Positions 42,896-55,100 of a stretch of 64,000 nucleotides of DNA are shown piece after piece (the first letter of the stretch is position 1; every line of letters starts with the position of its first letter). This stretch comes from Dehalococcoidia bacterium (lineage in GTDB: Bacteria; Chloroflexota; Dehalococcoidia; Lucifugimonadales; CAJWER01). A program made the position numbers and the translations under genes. Location of the stretch: positions 357,620 to 421,619 of the forward strand of contig CBDHCU010000001.1 in assembly GCA_965261325.1 (NCBI GenBank). The letters are read 5' to 3'. The notes below the pieces were generated by a model that had not been told where the DNA came from, ran no database searches, and saw nothing but the letters and a program-made list of their open reading frames with translations.

Positions 42896-45800
42896 ATGGG
42901 CATGACGCGGCCGCATCTCCTCAGGTTATTCGTGGCCCTTGCGGCGATTGGGCTGCTGGTCGCGCTGGCTGCGCTTTCCTCCGGGCCGGCCCAGGCCCAG
43001 TCGGTGTCGTCGCCCGCCATCTGGGACGCCACCCTCACGGCGGCGCCTATAGAGGGTTTCGGCGGCTGGGGATACAGCCGCACCATCGCCAGCGGCACCC
43101 TCACCAGCGCGGATTTTGTGCTGGAAGGGACGACGTACCGGATCAACCAGCTCAGGCGGGGCACGAATTCGCGTATCGGCCTTACCTTTAACTCTCACCC
43201 TTCCACGGTTTCTCTCACTCTGGACAGCGCTCTCCCCGCCGGGGACTTCCAACTCCGCATAGCCATCCCGGCGGTCGTGCTGAACCTCAGCGACGCGACG
43301 GTTCTTAGGGGCAACTACATGTGGTCGAACGTCAGCCTGCCCGGTCTGCCGTGGGTCGTCGGGCAGCCGGTACCGGTCCAATTGCGGCGCGCCCAGGGGG
43401 TGACGATCAGCAATGCGGCGCTGACGGTGGGCGAGGGCTTCACCCGGACGTATACGGTCGTGCTGGACAGCGAGCCGACGGGCGACGTGACGGTGACGCC
43501 GGCGAGCGGCAACTCCGCCGCGGCCACGGTGTCGCCGCCGTCATTGACCTTTGATTCGGGCAACTGGAACACGCCGCAGACGGTGACGGTGAGCGGCGTC
43601 AGCAAGACAGCCGGCGGGGGGACGGCGACCATCACGCACGCCGTTGCCGGAGCGGACTACGGAGGAAGCGTCACCGCCGGGGACGTGGCGATCAGGGTGA
43701 GCGTCGGGGACATCTTCTGGTCGGGCACGATGACCGTCGCTACGTTTGTCGGTGGGGTCGAAAAGATCGGCTACCTCCCGGAGGCGGGCGCCTTGGGCCC
43801 GCTCACGCCCGATACCTTCGTATACAACGGGGCCGCGAATGCAGTTCTTGGGATCAGCTACGCTACCACCGGGAATACCGATTTGGCGGTCGAGCTAAGC
43901 AGAGCGCTGGGCGCCGGACGTTTCGTGCTGCGCCTCGATGACCTTGCGACCACGTTTAACGGCGAATCGTGCACGCTCGAACAAGGCGGCTCGCAGTGCC
44001 ATTACGACCTGACGAACCCCGGCCTGAGCTGGGTGGATGGGCAGACCGTTCAGGTGTTGCTGGTTCAGGGACCCCCCGAAATCAGCATCGCGGCGGTCGA
44101 CGATACGGTCACCGAGGGTTCGCCGGCGGCGTTCACGGTGACGGCGGGCCGGACGCTGTCCTCCGCCTTGACGGTCAACCTGAACATCACGGCTGACGGC
44201 GGCTTGAACGGCGACTACGGCGTTACGACCGGCGCGCAGACGGTGACGATCGAGGCGGGCCAGAGCTCGGCCACGCATAACGTCCTCACCACCGGCGACG
44301 AGGTGGACGAGACCGACGGCTCGGTGACGGCGACGCTGGCGGACGGCGATGGCTACACCATCGCCACGACGCAGAGCGACAGGGCGGCGACGGTGACCGT
44401 CAACGACGACGAGACGACCCCGATCCTGACCATAACCGCACCCACCGTCGTGGAGGGCGCCTCTGGGACGACGGCGGTGATGAGCTTCACGGTGACGTCC
44501 TCCGGCGCGTCGGCCCACCCGCTCAGGTGCTGGACGCAGGGCGGAAGCGCTACCAGCGGCGTGGATTACGTCTACAGGAACACCGCAACAGATGGGCCCG
44601 ATTTCTCGGTCGCGGACCCGGCGCATCTGAGCGTGACGTTCGACGTGACAGTGAACGGCGACGATATCGACGAAGAGACTGAGAGAATCGGGCTCCGGTG
44701 CACATGCCGGGGAATCCCGGGCCATACTAGCGACTCCGCGAACACCGGCTTCATCACTGACGACGACGAGCGCGGCGTCACCTTCGAACCGAGGGCTTTC
44801 GCCGTCGGGCGGGGCGGCACGGCGGACTACACCGTCGTCCTGAAGAGCGAGCCGACGGACGACGTGACGGTTACGCCCGACAGCGATACGTCAGTGGTGA
44901 CGGTCTCCGGAGCGCTCACCTTCACGCCGGGCAACTGGAACACGCCGCAGACGGTGACCGTCACCGGCGTGAGCAACGGCAACAGGAGCATTTCGCACAC
45001 GATCACGAGCGATGACCCGAAATATGACCCGTATGGGTCCGCCCTGTCCGTCGCCGTGTCCGTGTCCGATCCCGTCGACTACGACAGCGACGACGACAAC
45101 CTCATCGAGATCGCCCACCTGAGGCAGCTGAACGCGATGCGCTGGGACCTGGACGGCAACGGCGCGGTCGCGGCAGGCGATCAGGTCGACTACAACGACG
45201 CCTTCTCCTACGCGCCGGCGGGCATGGGCTGTGAGGCAACCTGCGCGGGCTACGAGTTGACCGAAGACCTGGATTTCGACACCAACGACGACGGCATGAC
45301 CAACGTGGAGGGCGACAACTACTGGAACGACGGCGCGGGCTGGGCGCCCATCGGCGGCGACTATAACGCCGAGTTCCACGGCAACGGCCACACTATCTCC
45401 AACCTGTTCATCAACCGGGGCGGCCAGGGCGGCGTCGGTCTGTTCTCGGTGTTGGGCAACGCGGCCTACATCCACCACGTCGGCCTCATCGACGTGAACG
45501 TTACCGGCAATCTACAAACCGGCGCGCTGGCGGGCGGCGATGCTGACAATGCGACCGGCTCGCGGATATCCGCGGTCTACGTCAACGGCGGCTCGGTGGC
45601 CGGGGTGTTAAATGTCGGCGGCCTCACCGGAGGGTTCGAGGGCACGCAGACAGCGGTCTGGACCAAGGTGGATGTCAGCTCCACCGATCCAGGGGGTGAT
45701 AGTCTCCCCCACACCGGCGGCATCACCGCCTTCCTGGTCGGCTCGGTGAACGCGAGTTACGCCATCGGGAGCGTCGACAGCAGCGTCGACAGCAGTAGAG

Positions 45801-46145
45801 GGGGAGTAAAAGGCACCGACGGTGGGACGGCGACGAATTCCTGGTTCAACTCCGAGACCGTGACGGGATCGGTTCGCGACGCCGCGAGCGGCAAGACCAC
45901 CGCCGAGCTGCAATCGCCCACCGGCTACGCGGGCATCTACGCCGCGTGGAACGTGGACCTGGACGGCGACAGCGCCGCCGACAACCCGTGGGACTTCGGC
46001 ACGGCCAGCGAGTACCCGATCCTGAAGGCCGACCGCGACGGCGACGGCACGGCCACCTGGCAGGAGTTCGGGGACCAGGGGCGCGGCGTCCCGCCGGATG
46101 CTCCGAACGCGCCGACGGCCGGCTTCAAGACGGTGCGCAGCCTTG
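42896..46145 (+). CDS. Giant secreted adhesin-like protein 3, segment 1 (signal peptide to GLUG module); in-frame sense ends near 46100-46150
   Basis: Signal peptide MGMTRPHLLRLFVALAAIGLLVALAALSSGPAQA-QS. It holds two WSATLT-type modules, NWNTPQTVTV modules, Calx-beta-like modules and a GLUG unit. The listed ORF runs to 46465, but after ~46145 it becomes Arg-rich nonsense, while frame 3 continues the FN3 domain. Confidence 0.8.
45076..46085 (+). other. GLUG unit embedded in giant gene 3, paralogous to the units of 106-3201
   Basis: The sequence DYDSDDDNLIEIAHLRQLNAMRWDLDGNG...GMGCEATCAGYELTEDLDFDTN...YWNDGAGWAPIG...FHGNGHTISNLFINR...VGLFS...YIHHVGLIDVNVTG...PWDFGTASEYPILKADRDGDGTATWQEFG is collinear with each unit of the first gene. 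Confidence 0.8.
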
Positions 46146-49100
46146 CTCCTGACGTGGGACGCCCAGACGGGCGCCACCGGCTACGACGTGCGCTACCGGG
46201 TGCAAGGCTCCGGCGAGATTGGCTGGACCGACGGCCCGCAGGACGTCACGGAGACGGGGGCCGTTGTCGACGGCCTGACAGCCGGCCAGAGCTACGAGTT
46301 CCAGGTGCGCGCCGGCAACGACATCGGGGACAGCGCTTGGTCGCCGACGTCAGCCGCAGTGACGATGGACAGCACCACCCCGGGCGGCCTCATCTGGTGG
46401 AGCACGATGACCGCGGCCAACGATGCCGGTTTTCGCCGCGGCTATTTCAACACGGTCAGCGGTGAATTTGGCCTCCTCTCCAAGCGCGCCTTCCAGTACG
46501 GCGGCGGCGAAGTGAGGATACAGGCAATTCAGACCGACAGCATCTCAAGCTTCGGGATTAACACCGAACGTGATGAGGGTATAACGCGAACGCCCGAAGC
46601 CGCTTACACCCTGTACACGGATGGAACGCCGGGAGTCTGGCCCAGCTTCCCGGGCAGCACACCGGCAGGGCAGTTCTCCCTCGAGCCGCAAACCCCCGAT
46701 CCGATCTGGGCTGTCGGCCAGGAGGTCGAGTTCCGCCTGATCGAAACGCGCCCGCCGCTCGCGCCCGCCGTGACCGTGACGCCGCGGATGACGGGCGAAG
46801 CAGGGCAGCTCGATATCGCCTGGACCCCGGCCGACAACACGGGCCGCCCCGCCGTCACCGTGTACAAGGTGCGCTACAGGCTGTCGAGCGTCACGGAGTG
46901 GATGGAGGGTATGCACCACCTGCCCGCCAGCCATGAACCCTCCATCTTCCTCGCGTCCCTCGAGACGGGCGCCGGGTACGACGTGCAGATGCGGGCGGTC
47001 AACATCGACGGCGACGGCCCCTGGTCGGCAACCGCCACGGGAAACGCCAGCAACGGTTTTGAGGACGTCGCCATCTGGTCGGCGACGATGACAACGGGCC
47101 AACAGCAGGTTGGCGGCGGCGGCCCCAATCCGTTCACCCGCTATGGGTATGGCGACCCATCTGTTAGCTTTGTTGGCGGCAGCTTGTCGTCCACCACCTT
47201 CAACCATGGCGGCCAGAGTTACACCGTCAGACAGATATACCACAAGAGCGCCAGCAATACACCTGCTGCACTGGTATTCGAGCTTGACCGGAGGCTGAAC
47301 GGGAAGCATGCGCTGGTCTTCAGCACCGCGGGCGACACCCGGGTGGTACGGTTTGACGGCGTTCACAGCTGCTCCATCGGAGACAACGATTGCGACGTCA
47401 CGGTTCAAAATCCCGGCCTGCCGCAATGGGCCGTAGGCACGAAGGTGATCGTCGCCCTGGTGTTGGCGCCGACGGTCAGCGTCGCGGCGGTCAATGACTC
47501 GGTCACCGAGGGCGAGAGCGCCGAGTTCGCGGTGACGGCCAGCCGTGCCCCCATCGTCGACCTGCCGGTGACGCTGACCATCGCCGCCGCGGGCGAATAC
47601 GGCGTCGATGCGGGGAACAAGGACCTGGTCATCCCCGCCGGCCAGACCAGCGCCATCTACGACGCCGCCACCACCGACGACGACGTGGACGCGGAGGACG
47701 GAACGGTAACGGCCACGCTGGCGGGGAGCGTCAATTACGACATCGCCGCCGGCTCCGCGACCGTGGGCGTGACCAACGACGACGACGCGCCGCCGACGGT
47801 GAGCATTGCCGCAAACCAGGTCCGGCTGGTCTTCTCAGGCGACACGGTCCAGCTGCGGGGCACGGCCTCGGACCGGCAGACCGCCGACGCCGACCTGACC
47901 ATTGCGTGGACGCAGACGGGCGGGACGCCGTCGGTCGCGCTGACGGGCGCGAACACGGTGACGGCCAGCTTCACCGCCCCCAACGTGACCGCCAACACCG
48001 ACCTCACCTTCCGGTTGACCGTCACCGACGGAGGCGGGAGCACGGCCACCGCCGACGTGACGATCACCATCGGGCAGGGGTTCGAGAACGCCATCTGGCG
48101 CAGTTGGCTGACCGCGGGCAGCCGGGATTTGACTTACGCTATTGGTGGAACCGCCACCCGCGTGGGTTTCGAGGACTCTGGCGGGCTGACCGAGCGTCGC
48201 TTCTCGCACGCGGGGACGTATTACGTCGCCGAGATGTTCTACGATCGTAACCGGCTCTCATCCGGTGGACAGTCTCTTGAAGACACCCCATTGTATTTCT
48301 ATCTCAGCCGCCGCAGTACAGGAAATAGTTGCCCCGTAGACAACCTGTCGGGGGCCTTGGTGTTGGCCATTCGCAGCGGCGGTCAAACCACTCTGCTGCG
48401 GTTCGACGGCGCCAGCGGCCGCTGCATCGGACGCCCCGCAGGCCAACTGTCCTATTCCCTGCCAAACCACGGCCTGAGCTGGAGCGCCGGCGACCTGGTG
48501 GAAGTCGCCCTGCTGCCGCCGCCGACGCTCAGCATCGCGGCGGTTGAAGACACGGTCCTGGAGGAAGCACCGGTCCGGCTCCGGGTGACGGCCGACCGCG
48601 CCCCGCTCACCGACCTGCCGGTGACGCTGAACATCGCCGTCGTGGGCAACTACGGCATCGCGGCGGGAAACCGGGACCTGGTCATACCGGCCGGTCAGAC
48701 CAGCGTCAACTACAATGTCAACACCCTGGACGACAACGTGAGAGGGTCCATCGGCTCGGTAACGGCCACGCTGGTGGACACCGCCAATTACAACGTCGCC
48801 GCCGCCCCGGCCAACGCGGCCCAGGCGCTCATCCATGACACGCAGAACACCCTGCTCTGGGACGCTAACCTGGATAGCCAGGCCCGGCCGGCCGGAGTTC
48901 GGGATACCACCGGCTATTTCACTTACGGCGGGTCCCACATAAGGAGGGGAAGCCTCACCCCAAACACGTTCAGCTTCAGAGGCGCCACCTATAGCGTCAG
49001 TTGGCTGGCCTCTTCCGGAGGCAATGTAACCTTCACCGTTGACCGCGGGCTGGGCCTGGGAACTTTCGTGCTGACGATGGGCGGCAATATCCGCACGTTC

Positions 49101-52100
49101 CAGGGGAGCGATTCCCAGACTTACAATGTCCCAGGCTCGTTCCAGCGCGACACCAGCATCCGGGTCACCCTGTGGCAGAGTCAAGGCCCGCCGGTCTTCA
49201 ACGATGGCGGCGCTGCCACCCGGAGCATCGACGAGAACGCCGGGACGGTGCAAAGCCCCGGCGCGCCCATCGGCGACCCGGTAACCGCCAACGACCCCAA
49301 TCCCGGCCAGGCCGTCACCTACAGCCTCGGCGGAACTAACGCGGCCTCGTTTACGCTCAACGCCGCCAACGGCCAGATTTCCACCAGAGCCGGCGTCAAC
49401 TACGACCACGAGGCGAAGGACAGCTACTCGGTAACGGTGACGGCGACCGACGACAGCGGCAACGACGACAACAGCGCCGACATCGACGTCACCATCAACG
49501 TGAACGACGTGGCGGAGCCGCCGCTGGCGCCGGGGCAGCCGTCGCTGGCGGCGCAGAGCGAGACGAGTCTCTCTGTCACCGTCACGCCGCCGGACAACAC
49601 GGGGCGTCCCTCCATCACGGGTTACCGGGCGCAGTACCGCGTCAACGGTTCGGGCGATGCGTTCACCCTCTCCGACGCCGATTCCGCCGCTCCCGTCTTT
49701 GACATTTCGAACCTCCAGGCGAATAAGGAGTACGAAGTGCAGGCGCGGGCCGTGAACGCCGATGGCAACGGCGCCTGGTCGGCCTCCGGCACGGGCAGCA
49801 CGGACGCGCCGCCGGGGCCCCCGACATTCTCCGTCGACTCACCGAGCGTGAACGAGGGAAGCGATCTGACCTTCACGGCAACCCTCTCGAGCCCGGCAAC
49901 TGGGGTCAGCATCGTTCGTTATGCCCTTGGCGGCACTGCCCTCGAGGCCGACCCCGGCCGCAGCATCATCGGCGATTACGCTTACAGCACTGCCACCCCC
50001 CCACAGAGCAATGCCACACGCTTCTACTTTGCGACGGGGGCATCCGAGGCTACCATCACGTTCACCACTGTTGACGACCCTTTTGATGAGGATGACGAGA
50101 CTGTAGTATTAACCCTTTCCTCACCTCGTAATGTGACTCTTGCGGCGAATACCGCGACCGGCACGATCATTGACAATGACGGCCCCTTGGCCAACAACGC
50201 GCCGGTCTTCGCGCAGGACAGCACGTCGCGGAGCATCGCCGAGACCGTCGGGGCGGCGCAGGATGCCGGGCGGACCATCGGCGCGGCGGTGACCGCGACG
50301 GACGCCGACAACGACGCGCTGACCTACAGCCTGGAAGGGACGGACGCGGCGTCGTTCGAGATCGTCGCCGCCAGCGGGCAGTTGCGCACGAAAGTGGGCG
50401 AGACCTACGACCGCGAGGCGAAGGCGAGCTACTCGGTGACGGTGAAGGCGACCGATCCGTCCAGCGCCAACGACACCATCGACGTGACCATCGACATCAC
50501 GAACGTATCCGAGCCGCCGCTGGCGCCGGGGACGCCGACGGTGGCGGGAGTCACCACCACGCAGATTACGGTCCGCGCCGCGCCGCCGGACAACACGGGG
50601 CGTCCCGCCATCACGGGTTACCGGGCGCAGTACCGCGTCAACGATTCGGGCGATGCGTTCACCCTCTCCGACGCCGAATCCGCCACCCCCGCCTTTGACA
50701 TTTCGAACCTCCAGGCGAATACGGAGTACGAAGTGCAGGCGCGGGCCGTGAACGCCGATGGCAACGGCGCCTGGTCGGCCTCCGGCACGGGTAGCATGTC
50801 GGCCGTGCCCACGGTCAGCGTCACGGCGTTGCCCGCGGAGGTCGACGAGGGCCAGGACGTTACGTTCACCGTGACGGCGGACCCCCTGCCTTTGGCCAAC
50901 CTGCTGGTGACCGTGAACATCACGGCTGAGGGCGCGTACGGCGTGACGCCGGGACATCATGACCTAACCCTTCCGCCGGGCAGCGGGAGGGCGTCGTTCC
51001 TCATCACGACCACGGACAACCCGGCCATCACCCCGCACGGCTCCGTGACGGCCACGGTTGCGGCGGGCGTCGGCTACACCGTCGGCACGAGCACCGTCGT
51101 CGTGCGCATCCTCGACGGCGACGATAGCGTTCCGGACGCGCCCGCTACGCCGGCGGTGACCGCGGACACCGCGACGTCCGTATCCGTCAGGTGGAACGTG
51201 CCCAGCGGCTCGTTCTCAGTCCCCACCGGCTACGACCTGCGATACCGCCTGGACGGCGACCCGGCCGGGTTCACCGCCGGGCCGCAGAACGTGTCCGGCA
51301 CTACGGCGCTCATCACCGGCCTGGCCCCGAGCACGGCGTACGAGGCGCAGGCGCGGGCCAGGAACAAGGCGGGCGTCAGCGGCTGGTCGGACACCGGCAG
51401 GGGGTCGACCGGCGCGCCGCCCGTCGTCTCCGGGACCATCCCCGACGCCTCCGTGATAATTGGCGACGACCACGTCGTGGACGCCGCGACCTACTTCACG
51501 GGCACGGTGGACACCTACACGGCGGATTCCTCCGACGACACCAAGGCCACCGTCGCGGTGACCGGCTCGACGGTCACGGTGACAGGCGTCGCCGCAGGCA
51601 CGGCGACGATCACCGTCACGGCCACCAACAGCGGCGGCATGGCAACGCAGACGTTCGACATCACCGTCACCGCGCGCGGCATCACGCTGGTCACCGACCC
51701 GCCCACGACGGGCCCGGTCTACGCCCTCACCGTGACGGAGGGCGGCACGGAAACGTACACCGTCGTCCTCGACACCCAGCCGGCGGCCAACGTGACCGTC
51801 ACGCCCGGAAGCAGCAATGAGGCGATTGCCACCGTCTCCGGCCCGCTGACCTTCACCGCGTCCGACTGGAGCACGGCGCAGACGGTGACCGTAACCGGCG
51901 TCAACAGCGCCGTTAATAACGGCGTCGCCACCATATTCCACACGGTCGCGGGGGTCGGCTACTCCAGCATGACCGCCGCCGCGGTGGACGTCACCGTCAC
52001 CGCGCGCAGCATCACGCTGGTCACCGACCCGCCCACGACGGCCCCGGACTACGCCCTCACCGTGACGGACGGCGGCATGGAAACGTACACCGTCGTCCTC

Positions 52101-55100
52101 GACACCCAGCCGGCGGCCAACGTGACCGTCACGCCCGAAAGCAGCAATACGGCGATCGCCACCGTCTCCGGCCCGCTGACCTTCACCGCGTCCGACTGGA
52201 GCACGGCGCAGACGGTGACCGTAAACGGCGTCAGCAGCTTCGTTAGTGGCGGCGTCACCACCATATTCCACACGGTCGCGGGGGTCGGCTACTCCAGCAC
52301 GACCGCCGACGTGGACGTCACCGTCACCGCGCGCGGCATCACGCTGGTCACCGACCCGCCCACGACGGGCCCGGACTACGCCCTCACCGTCGCCGAGAAC
52401 GCCGACACGGAAACGTACACCGTCGTCCTCGACACCCAGCCGACCGCCGACGTGACCGTTGCGCTGGTGAGGACCGGGGACTCGGGCGCGGCCACGCTCT
52501 CAACGCCGACGCTCACCTTCACGACGGGCAACTGGAACGTGGCGCAGACCGTTACCGTCACCGGCGTCAACGACGACATCGACAACGCGGGCGATGAGCG
52601 CACGCTCACCATCACCCACACCGCAAACGGCGGCGGCTACGTCAACGTCGCCGCGGCCCTGGCCGTGACCGTCACCGACGACGACACGGAGGACGACATA
52701 CCCGACGCCCTCGACTTCCCCGACGTCACCGCGCCCGCCGGAACTAGCGTAACCAGCGACCCCGCCACCATCGCGGGCATCAACGTCCCCGTGCGCATCG
52801 CCCTGAGCGTCGTCCCCTCCAACGCAACCTTCACCTGCCTGGTGGACAGGACGACGGACTGCGCCGCGGGCCTCGCCGCCGTCAGCGCGGGCCAGACCGT
52901 GACCCTCACGGCGACCCCCGGCGCCAACGACGGCGACACCGTCGCCATCACCGTCACCCTCGGCGAGGCCCCCAACGCCGTCAGCTCGACGTGGACCCTC
53001 ACGACCGGCGGCGTCCCCCGCCTCCCGGCGCCGCAGAACCTCACCGCCGCCTGGGCGGGCAACGACAAGTTGTTCCTGGAATGGGACGCGCTGACGGACG
53101 CGCTCAGCTACCTCGTGCAGTGGCGAGCGGCGGGCGAGAACTACAACGCGGAGACCCGCGAGGAGCCGGTCACCGATCCCAACCACGTCATATCGGGCCT
53201 GACGCCCGGCACGGCGTACACGCTGCGCGTCGCCGGCGTCGTCCAGCACACCGCCGGCGTGTGGTCGAACGAGGTAACGACGTCCACCACCACCGTCACC
53301 ATCGCGGGCGGGCAGACCGTGCCAGAGGGCGAGCCGAGCGTTGAAACGCGGACGGGGTCCACACTGGGGTACACGCTGACGTTCAGCTCGGCGATCACCG
53401 AGCCGGTGACGGTGTACTTCGCCTACGTAAAGGCCGGCACTACCGCCCAATCCAACCAGGACTTCGTGTACCACGTCCATAGCGAGGTGGTCAGCAGCGG
53501 CCCGCTGTTCGATGCGTTGCAGTCAGTTGACCTGGGGATAATCGGCAAATGGGAGATCCCCGCTTCAGCGGGCAGCCCCGTAACCACTGCCATCCTGCCC
53601 GTAACGGTTTACGGCGACTACCGATTCGAGGCCGATGAGACGGTGCAGATCCGGCTGCTGGGCGTGACGAACGCCGCCCTCGGCAGCACGCTCACCGCGA
53701 CGAACACCATCCAGAACGACGACGCACTGCCGGAGATCATCGTGGGCGAGTCCCGGTCGGTCTACGAGGGCAACACGATCGAGGTCGACGTCTATCTCAG
53801 CGCCGCCAGCGAGACGACCGTCACGGTGCAGTACCATGACCTGCGCACGGGCACCGCCGTCCCCGGGGGGTCTGGAACAGGCGACTACCCCCTAGACAGA
53901 CTCGGCACAGAAGCGCTCCCCAAAACGCTTACCTTCCCCCCGGCCACCCGCGATCAGACGGTGAGTATCTGGGCGAAGAGTGACGACGACGTTGAAGGGG
54001 ACGAAACCATCGACCTGCGCTTCCACAGCGCCATGAACGCGACGCTCCGGGGCGCCGACGGCAGCGGCAATCTGGACGTGACCGCCACCATCCTCGACGA
54101 GGACTTGAGGCCGATCATCACCGTCACGTCCGGCGCCCCGGTTGCGGTGGGCGCGGACGCTGAGTTCATCCTCATCGCCCAACCGACGCCGACGACGGAC
54201 GTGACCGTGCACATGGAAATCGACGCCACCGCCGGCTATGTCGATCCGGCCAACCTGGGCGGAAAGACGGTGATCATTCCGGCGAACCAGGCCACGTTCA
54301 CCTACAGCGTCGCCACCATCGACGGCGACGCGACCTCCCCCAGCGGCGCGGTACGGGTCACCCTCCAGCCGGACAGCGCGGCGGCAACCCCGGCAACCGC
54401 GAGCTACACCCGCGGCGCGGCCTACGAGGCCACGGTGACCGTGGGCGACAACGAGTCCCCCGCCGTCATCGTATCCGAGGCCGTCCTCACCGTGGACGAG
54501 AACGGCGGCGAAGCCACCTATACCATCAAGCTGAACGGCCGGCCCAACCGGGGCAACGTGACCGTCACGCGGTACATCGACGACACCAGTGTCGTTGATG
54601 TGAGCCCTGGAAGCGTGACCTTCGGAACGTCCAACTGGAACACGCCGCAGACGTTCACCGTCACCGGCGTCAACGACAACATCGACAATCCCAACGACCA
54701 GCGCTCGGCCACCATCACGCACGCCGTGACCACCGAGAACAGCGGATTCTACGAGGGCATCAGCATCAACTCCGGCTTCGTGATCGTCACCGACGACGAT
54801 GATGCCGCGCCGCTGCCCGTCATCACCGTTACGGCAGTCAACCCCTCCGTCACCGAAGGGCAGCCGGCCCAGTTCACCCTGACCGCCACGCCGTCGCCGG
54901 ACGTTGCCTTGACGGTGGACTTCACCCTTGCGCTCACTGGGAACTACGTCACCGGCATCTCCTCTGGCCCGAAAACGAGAGTGATCTCCACCAGCGGCGC
55001 CCTCACCTTTTCCATCGCCACCATCGATGACACTGCGGTCGAAACCGATGGCTCGGTAACGGTCACCCTGACGGATGGGAACGGCTACACCGTGGGCGAC

